Source of the DNA: Candidatus Zhuqueibacterota bacterium
GTDB taxonomy: Bacteria; SM23-31; JBHPGK01
Length of the DNA stretch: 58,780 bases
Assembly (NCBI GenBank): GCA_042570605.1
Contig: JBHPGK010000002.1
Coordinates: 1 to 58,780 of the forward strand
Direction of reading: 5' to 3'
The notes beneath the pieces are model-generated. The model saw nothing but the letters and a program-made list of their open reading frames with translations, was not told the origin of the DNA and made no database searches. Shown one piece after another: positions 53,163-58,780 of this stretch. A program made the position numbers and the translations under genes. How positions within the stretch are numbered: position 1 is the stretch's first letter; every line of letters starts with the position of its first letter.

Positions 53163-54169
53163 TTTTCCCCCGATTCTTTTATTACCTTCTTATCGATTAT
53201 ATGCTTTCCATCTTTCGATTTACTGTAAAACTGAAACTGAACATTCCTGTTTTTACCCTCTTCTTTCGCATTCTTCAAAGAGGTTTCCGTAATTGACAGG
53301 AGTTTTTCTGAAGATACCCCTTCCACTTTATCCCACGTCACTAATCCCATACTTACCGTAACTTCCTTAGCCCTTATATCAATTTCATCAACCATATCCA
53401 TTGGAAACGCTTTATTGCGTATTTCTTTAGACATCTCTCCTGCAATAATTCGGATTTTATCCTCGTTCATTTTAGGTAATATAACGAATATTTTGTCAGT
53501 ATTGGAGTTTAAAATTATACCATATTGATTTAAACGGTCATACGTGATCTCTCTCACATTTTTTATTACAATGTCTCCTGTTTTATGTCCATAAATAGTA
53601 TTTATCAATTTAGTATTATCAACGTCCAGATATAAAATAGATAAAGGTTTTTTCTCTTTCCTGCATTTCCCGAATTCAACCTCGATTCTTTCAAACAGGT
53701 GCTGATAATCAAAAAGACTGTCGGAAATTGCTTTTTTATCCTCACTTTTGAGAACCTGATCCTGAAGGTCCTTTGTTCTTAAGATCGATCTTATTCGGGC
53801 AACAAGCGTAATTAAATCAATGGGCTTGGTTATATAATCATCGGCACCCAGTGAAAAAGCGGCAGCTTTACTTTTAAGATCCTTGATAGCTGAAACAATT
53901 ATAATAGGAATATATTTGAGATCTTTATGCTCTTTCAGGTAATGGCATGCTTTGGCACCATCCATAATGGGCATTCTCAGATCGAGTGTAATAAGATCCG
54001 GTCTGAATTTTTTCGCTTTCTCTATGGCTTCATGACCATTTGGAGCCTCAATAATATTATACCCAATTTTTGACAATTTGATCTTAAGGAAAGTCCTGAT
54101 ATCTCTATCATCATCTACAACCAGAATTAATCTCAGCTTTTGGTCAAGATTATTCTTTATATTTTCCAT
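53159..54169 (-). CDS. Response regulator with a degenerate GGDEF domain
   Basis: REC (VVDDD, DLITLDLRMPIMDG, KP), then a GGDEF fold (LDVDNTKLINTIYGHKTGD…VTVSMG…AKEEGKNR). The signature position reads NTDKI instead of GG(D/E)EF, and no RxxD I-site is visible. Confidence 0.8.
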   Translation of the reverse strand: MENIKNNLDQKLRLILVVDDDRDIRTFLKIKLSKIGYNIIEAPNGHEAIEKAKKFRPDLITLDLRMPIMDGAKACHYLKEHKDLKYIPIIIVSAIKDLKSKAAAFSLGADDYITKPIDLITLVARIRSILRTKDLQDQVLKSEDKKAISDSLFDYQHLFERIEVEFGKCRKEKKPLSILYLDVDNTKLINTIYGHKTGDIVIKNVREITYDRLNQYGIILNSNTDKIFVILPKMNEDKIRIIAGEMSKEIRNKAFPMDMVDEIDIRAKEVTVSMGLVTWDKVEGVSSEKLLSITETSLKNAKEEGKNRNVQFQFYSKSKDGKHIIDKKVIKESGEK

Positions 54170-54263
54170 ATTTAAAAATTTTAAAATTGTTGAATTTACT
54201 TTAACTTTAACAATATAATCATATTTTTCAACAATTTTTTCTTTTTTTTACAGGGAAAAATTA

Positions 54264-57200
54264 TTATTTTTTCATCGGGATAATAATTCTGAATTCAGAT
54301 CCCTGCCCTAATTCGCTTTTTATTTTTACCATGCCGCCATGTTTTTCCACGATTGCTTGAACAATTGATAGTCCCAGACCTGTACCTCCGACTTCTCTCA
54401 CATATTCATTATCTGCACGGAAAAACTTTTTGAATAGATTTTTCTGGTCAACCTTACTTATCCCAATTCCCGTATCACGGACAATTATTAGCGATTTTTC
54501 CTGAATTGCCTTTAACTCAACTGAAATTTCACCTTGTTTGGTAAACTTTATGGAGTTAGATATCAGGTTAGTCAATACCTGAACAAGCTTATCACGGTCA
54601 CCAATAATTTCAATACCATCTTTAATTTTTGAATCAAAATTCAATCCTTTTTCATCCGCCAAATTATGCATCGTTTTTACAGCATGACTCACCAGGTCGC
54701 TTAAAGAGATTTTTTCGAACTTCAAATCAATTTTACCGGATTCAATTTTCTCTACATCAAGAAGGTCGTTGATCAGATTATTAAGCCTGTCTGAATTCTG
54801 GTAGACAATATCGAGAAACTCCTGCTGAAGTTCATTTATTTCACCTGTATCCCCGGAAAGAATAAGATCAATATAGCCCTTTATCGAAGTCAGTGGAGTT
54901 CTTAATTCATGTGAAACGGTTGAAATGAATTCATTTTTCATTTTATCGATCTCAGCTTCTCTTGATACATCTCTGAAAGAGAAAACACTGCCAATTATTT
55001 TGCCTTCAATGTTTTTCATAGGTGAATTGATCGCCTCGAGAGTAATTTTCTTTCCTTCATGATTTTCAATCGCAAACCGTCTTGATGTTTTCTGACCGCT
55101 GTTTACAGCTTCAAGCATTAGCCCCCTCAAATCGGCAATATTGTCTTTAGAATGCTCATCCATCTTCATAATATCAGTGCAGAGTTGCCCCCTGATCCTG
55201 TACATCGGCAAACCCATCAGATCTGCAAATGCAGGATTAGATGATAAAACATTAAGTTTATCATCGGTAACAACGATCCCGTCTCCAACACTGTTCAAGG
55301 TAATATTCAACTGGCTTGATTTTTCCTGCAGCTTATCTATCAGCCTGTTTCTTTCTTCTTCCCCTCTTTTCCTTTCAGTTATATCTTTAACAATTCCGAC
55401 AAAGGCTGATTTGCTGCCGAATCTCATTTCGCCTACAGCAAGCTCGATGGGGAAAATAATCCCGTCTTTTCTTTTTGCTTTTACTTGTCTTCCAATTCCT
55501 ATAATTTTTGCTTCACCGGTTTTAAGATAATTACTTAAAAAACCATCATGATTGCCGTGATAAGGTTCCGGCATTAAAATATTGACATTTTTTCCTATAA
55601 CTTCTTCCTTATCATAACCAAAAAGCGCCTCAGCGGCAAGATTAAAACTCTCGACAATACCATTATCATTAATAGTTATTACTGCATCCACAAGTGTGTT
55701 TATTACTGTTCTTGTCCTTTCCTCACTTTCTGTTAATTCCTTTTCAATCCTTTTTCTTTCGGTAATATCTTCTGCTACCTTTATAAATGAAGTTATATTA
55801 CCTTCAATGTCTTTAATTGGTGAAATTGATGCAGATTCCCAGTAATGTTCTCCATTCTTTTTCTTATTTATAAACTCTCCCCTCCAGATTTTACCTGCAG
55901 TCACAGTCTCCCAGAGCGGTTTATATTCAGCACTGGGTCTTTCAGTGGATTTCAGTATCCTTGGATTTTTGCCTATTACTTCTTTTTCTTTATACCCGGT
56001 TAAATCCGTGAACTTCGGATTAACATATATAATATTGCCATTAATGTCGGTTATTACAACTGTACTCGGGCTCTGTTCTACAGCGACAGAAAGTTTTCGC
56101 TTCTCTTCTTCTGTTTTTTTCCGCTCTGTATTTACCTCTTCATAAGCAATAAATTTTCCAATACTCTCTGCCATTAATTCTATAATGTCAAATTCATAAT
56201 CCTGAAAAGCCTGTTCTCTTTTAACCGGTGATGAAAAATTCAGTGTACCGTATATTTTACCATTAACAAAAACTGGTGCGCTTATGTAAGATTCAAAATA
56301 TTCATTGGGAAAGATCGGGTGGATCTTGTTCTTATGAACTTCTTTAGCGCTGTTAAAAGCAATAGTTTTTACTTTTGTAACAACTAATTTACAATAAGTA
56401 TCTTTCAGTTCAAAAACAAGTTCGGGTTTTAAAAAATCAAGGTCTGTTTTTGTCGCACGGACCAAATATTCATTTCCTTTTATTTCACTTAATATTCCCG
56501 TCGAAAGATTAAAGATCTTTTTTCCTGCATCCAGATAATCAGTAATAAGAGCATTAAAACTGTCGTATTGGGTAGTAGCTATATTATTTAATATCTTTAG
56601 ATTTGAGCTGTAGTTTTCTAACATATCAGTTTTCTTAATTAACTCATCTTCCGATATTTTACGTTCGGTTATATCCAGATGAGTACCGGTTGCTCTTAAA
56701 GGATTACCTTTTTTATCTCTTTCAAAGACCCTGCCCCGGTCTAAAATCCACTTCCATTCCCCTGATTTTGTTTTCATCCTGTGTTCTGTTTCATAAATTT
56801 CGGTTTTACCCTCAAAATGATCTTTAAGAGCTTTTTCAATAAGAGGTACATCCTCCGGATGATTTAGTTTATACCATGAATCTACATTAGGTATAATTTC
56901 ATCCAGGGAATAACCAAGCATTTCTGCCCATCTTTGATTAAAAACTACTTCACCTGTTTTTATATTCCAATCCCACAATCCGAGATCTGCCCCCTTTAAT
57001 GCCAGTTCAAGTCTGCCCTCACTTTCTTCAAGCGCTTTTTCAGCCTCTTTTCGATGTCTTCTTGTCGAATAACCTTCAATTAAATTAGCACATGTAGATA
57101 AAAACGGTTTAAGATATTCGATAATATCTTCAGAATATCCATCCGGTCTGTTTGCGATTCCAACCATTCCGATCATTTTTTTACCGCTGTAAAAAGGTAT

Positions 57201-58742
57201 CCCCAGAAAACTGTTAAGGGGTGGATGCCCTTTTGGGAGACCGCCGCTCCGGTTGTCTTTTGACGGACTATTTGAGATCACTGGTTTTCCAGAGGTCATT
57301 ACAGTACCGAATAGAGTTTTTAAATTATGAAATTCCATCCCTTTCGGGGCATTTTTTTTATAAAAATCTCTTGTTTCCTTATTCCAGGCAATATTTGTGA
57401 TGGCATGGCTTTTTAAAAAAGGATCACCATTATCTGATAACAGGACCTCGCCAATATAACCATATTCACTTTTTGTCAGGGCAAGTAAATTTTCGAGCAG
57501 TTCATCAAATATATATCTGGGCTCAATTTCTGCAATAAACTTGGATTGAGAACGACTGATAATGTCCAGCATATCATTTCTGGTTTTCAGAAGTACTTCG
57601 GCTTTATTCCTTTCGGTTATATCCCAATTTACTCCAACCATCCGTAAAGGTTTCCCATCATTATCACGCATTACAGTTGCTATGGCTCTAATGGAATGAA
57701 TTGAATCATCAGGCCAAACAACACGGAATTCTGTATCAAAATATTTTTCGCCCTTTAGCGCCATTTCAATTTCCTTCTCACCTGATTCTTTATCATCCGA
57801 ATGTAATCCCTGGACCCAAGCCTCATAGGCGCCTGAGAAATCTTCCTTTTTAACACCATAGAGGTTATACATAGAGTCGTCCCAAACGAGAATATTATTT
57901 TTAACATCCCAATCCCAAATCCCTATTTCTGCTGATCTTGTTGCAAGAGAAAGCCGCTCAGTCAAAAGCTTAAGTTCTTCTTCGGTTCTTTTCCTGTTAG
58001 TAATATCTCTTACTACTACAAGGTCACATTTTGTGCCGTCATCCAGATCAATAATATTTGCATTGACCTCGCCGTTCAGCTTTTCTCCGTCATAACGGAT
58101 AAATTCCAACTCATAAGATCCGACTCCCCTGCTGCTTAAGCGTTCTTTAAAACTCTCAAAGGCTTTTCTTTTATCTTCTTTTGAAAGAAAGGAAACTTTC
58201 ATCAGGTTCTGCCCGATAACATTTGATCTTTCTCCCCCGACAAACTCTGACGCTTTTTCGTTCAATTCTATTATGTTTCCTTTTTCATCAATTAAAATTA
58301 TATAATCATTTGCCTTATTAAACAGACTCTGGTATTTTTGCTGGTTATTTTTTAACTCCTGGTCTATTCTCTTTCGTTCCGTAATATCCCTGGCAATTGC
58401 ATAGATTAAATTCTGTCCGGTTATTGGGATTGCGTTCCATGAGAACCATTTGTATTCTCCATTTTTGCATTTAAACCTGTTTTCAAAAACGATCGCATTT
58501 TCACCTGCAGTCAGGTTTTGAATAACTTTTATCGTTTTTTCTCTGTCTTCAGGATGTACGAACTCGATAAATGGTTTGTCTAAAAGCTCTTCATTAGTCC
58601 AACCGAGAGTCTGTTCCCACGATAAGTTTAAATGCTTGAAATACCCATCTAATCCGGCTATACACAGCATATCAATTGACAGATTAAAGAAATGTTCCTG
58701 AGTTACATTAGTCATGTTTTTTGTTTTTTTTGAATTGCTCAT
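54264..58742 (-). CDS. Cytoplasmic multi-PAS/GAF sensor histidine kinase (1492 aa)
   Basis: Seven PAC-type boundaries (D(I/V)T(E/N)RK…), two GAF-like regions, H-box SHELRTPLTSI, and N/G1/G2 boxes (…GGTGLGLSIV…). There is no TM segment and no receiver domain. Confidence 0.9.
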   Translation of the reverse strand: MSNSKKTKNMTNVTQEHFFNLSIDMLCIAGLDGYFKHLNLSWEQTLGWTNEELLDKPFIEFVHPEDREKTIKVIQNLTAGENAIVFENRFKCKNGEYKWFSWNAIPITGQNLIYAIARDITERKRIDQELKNNQQKYQSLFNKANDYIILIDEKGNIIELNEKASEFVGGERSNVIGQNLMKVSFLSKEDKRKAFESFKERLSSRGVGSYELEFIRYDGEKLNGEVNANIIDLDDGTKCDLVVVRDITNRKRTEEELKLLTERLSLATRSAEIGIWDWDVKNNILVWDDSMYNLYGVKKEDFSGAYEAWVQGLHSDDKESGEKEIEMALKGEKYFDTEFRVVWPDDSIHSIRAIATVMRDNDGKPLRMVGVNWDITERNKAEVLLKTRNDMLDIISRSQSKFIAEIEPRYIFDELLENLLALTKSEYGYIGEVLLSDNGDPFLKSHAITNIAWNKETRDFYKKNAPKGMEFHNLKTLFGTVMTSGKPVISNSPSKDNRSGGLPKGHPPLNSFLGIPFYSGKKMIGMVGIANRPDGYSEDIIEYLKPFLSTCANLIEGYSTRRHRKEAEKALEESEGRLELALKGADLGLWDWNIKTGEVVFNQRWAEMLGYSLDEIIPNVDSWYKLNHPEDVPLIEKALKDHFEGKTEIYETEHRMKTKSGEWKWILDRGRVFERDKKGNPLRATGTHLDITERKISEDELIKKTDMLENYSSNLKILNNIATTQYDSFNALITDYLDAGKKIFNLSTGILSEIKGNEYLVRATKTDLDFLKPELVFELKDTYCKLVVTKVKTIAFNSAKEVHKNKIHPIFPNEYFESYISAPVFVNGKIYGTLNFSSPVKREQAFQDYEFDIIELMAESIGKFIAYEEVNTERKKTEEEKRKLSVAVEQSPSTVVITDINGNIIYVNPKFTDLTGYKEKEVIGKNPRILKSTERPSAEYKPLWETVTAGKIWRGEFINKKKNGEHYWESASISPIKDIEGNITSFIKVAEDITERKRIEKELTESEERTRTVINTLVDAVITINDNGIVESFNLAAEALFGYDKEEVIGKNVNILMPEPYHGNHDGFLSNYLKTGEAKIIGIGRQVKAKRKDGIIFPIELAVGEMRFGSKSAFVGIVKDITERKRGEEERNRLIDKLQEKSSQLNITLNSVGDGIVVTDDKLNVLSSNPAFADLMGLPMYRIRGQLCTDIMKMDEHSKDNIADLRGLMLEAVNSGQKTSRRFAIENHEGKKITLEAINSPMKNIEGKIIGSVFSFRDVSREAEIDKMKNEFISTVSHELRTPLTSIKGYIDLILSGDTGEINELQQEFLDIVYQNSDRLNNLINDLLDVEKIESGKIDLKFEKISLSDLVSHAVKTMHNLADEKGLNFDSKIKDGIEIIGDRDKLVQVLTNLISNSIKFTKQGEISVELKAIQEKSLIIVRDTGIGISKVDQKNLFKKFFRADNEYVREVGGTGLGLSIVQAIVEKHGGMVKIKSELGQGSEFRIIIPMKK

Positions 58743-58780
58743 ACTTTTACCTGAAATTGTTTTAATTCAATACATAAAAT

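Noticed and set aside
1-58780. Mobile genetic element, prophage, genomic-island borders or toxin-antitoxin pairs
   Set aside because: No integrase, transposase, recombinase, phage structural, conjugation or small paired TA-type ORFs are present. The repeats found are short non-coding hairpins without terminal inverted repeats bounding a gene cassette.

Overview
This is a low-GC (AT-rich) bacterial chromosomal window. It most likely comes from an uncultured member of the FCB-type lineages: one giant protein carries a T9SS/Por C-terminal sorting tail, and lipoprotein and Tat signals are frequent. I found no rRNA, tRNA, CRISPR array, transposase, integrase or phage genes.

Gene content, in order:
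- A csoR-cusCBA-type copper efflux operon, with cusA cut off by the window edge, followed by a secreted HMA (CopZ-like) protein.
- A Tat-dependent reductive dehalogenase pair (rdhA-rdhB) and an EEP-family nuclease/phosphatase.
- A translationally coupled CDP-alcohol phosphatidyltransferase / radical-SAM / membrane-protein cluster.
- An unusual 626-aa protein combining a PRTase-like loop with two degenerate DAC (DisA_N)-like modules.
- Several exported enzymes: an S9 peptidase, a Tat-DUF362 protein, a DJ-1/PfpI lipoprotein, an AstE/AspA-like protein, a C45-like protein and an amidohydrolase.
- A 1711-aa Kelch/FN3/cohesin-dockerin/T9SS surface protein.
- Signalling proteins: a GAF-PP2C phosphatase, a Ser/Thr kinase with TPR repeats, a STAS protein and a MinD-like ATPase.
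- A TetR-TolC-MFP-RND efflux operon.
- A two-component-controlled, synthase-dependent exopolysaccharide module: a GT2 synthase, a HEAT-repeat membrane protein, a TPR/beta-barrel outer-membrane protein, a CheY-like regulator, a REC-degenerate-GGDEF regulator, and a 1492-aa multi-PAS/GAF histidine kinase.

The intergenic DNA is unusually rich in structure:
- Two families of short hairpin repeats (GTCATT...AATCTC and GTAGGG-hairpin), including a nested insertion.
- Heptanucleotide arrays that abut stop codons.
- A 99-bp tandem duplication of the kinase 5' end.
- A 51-nt terminal inverted copy at the window start.

All functional calls rest on motifs read by eye from the translations. No database search was run.
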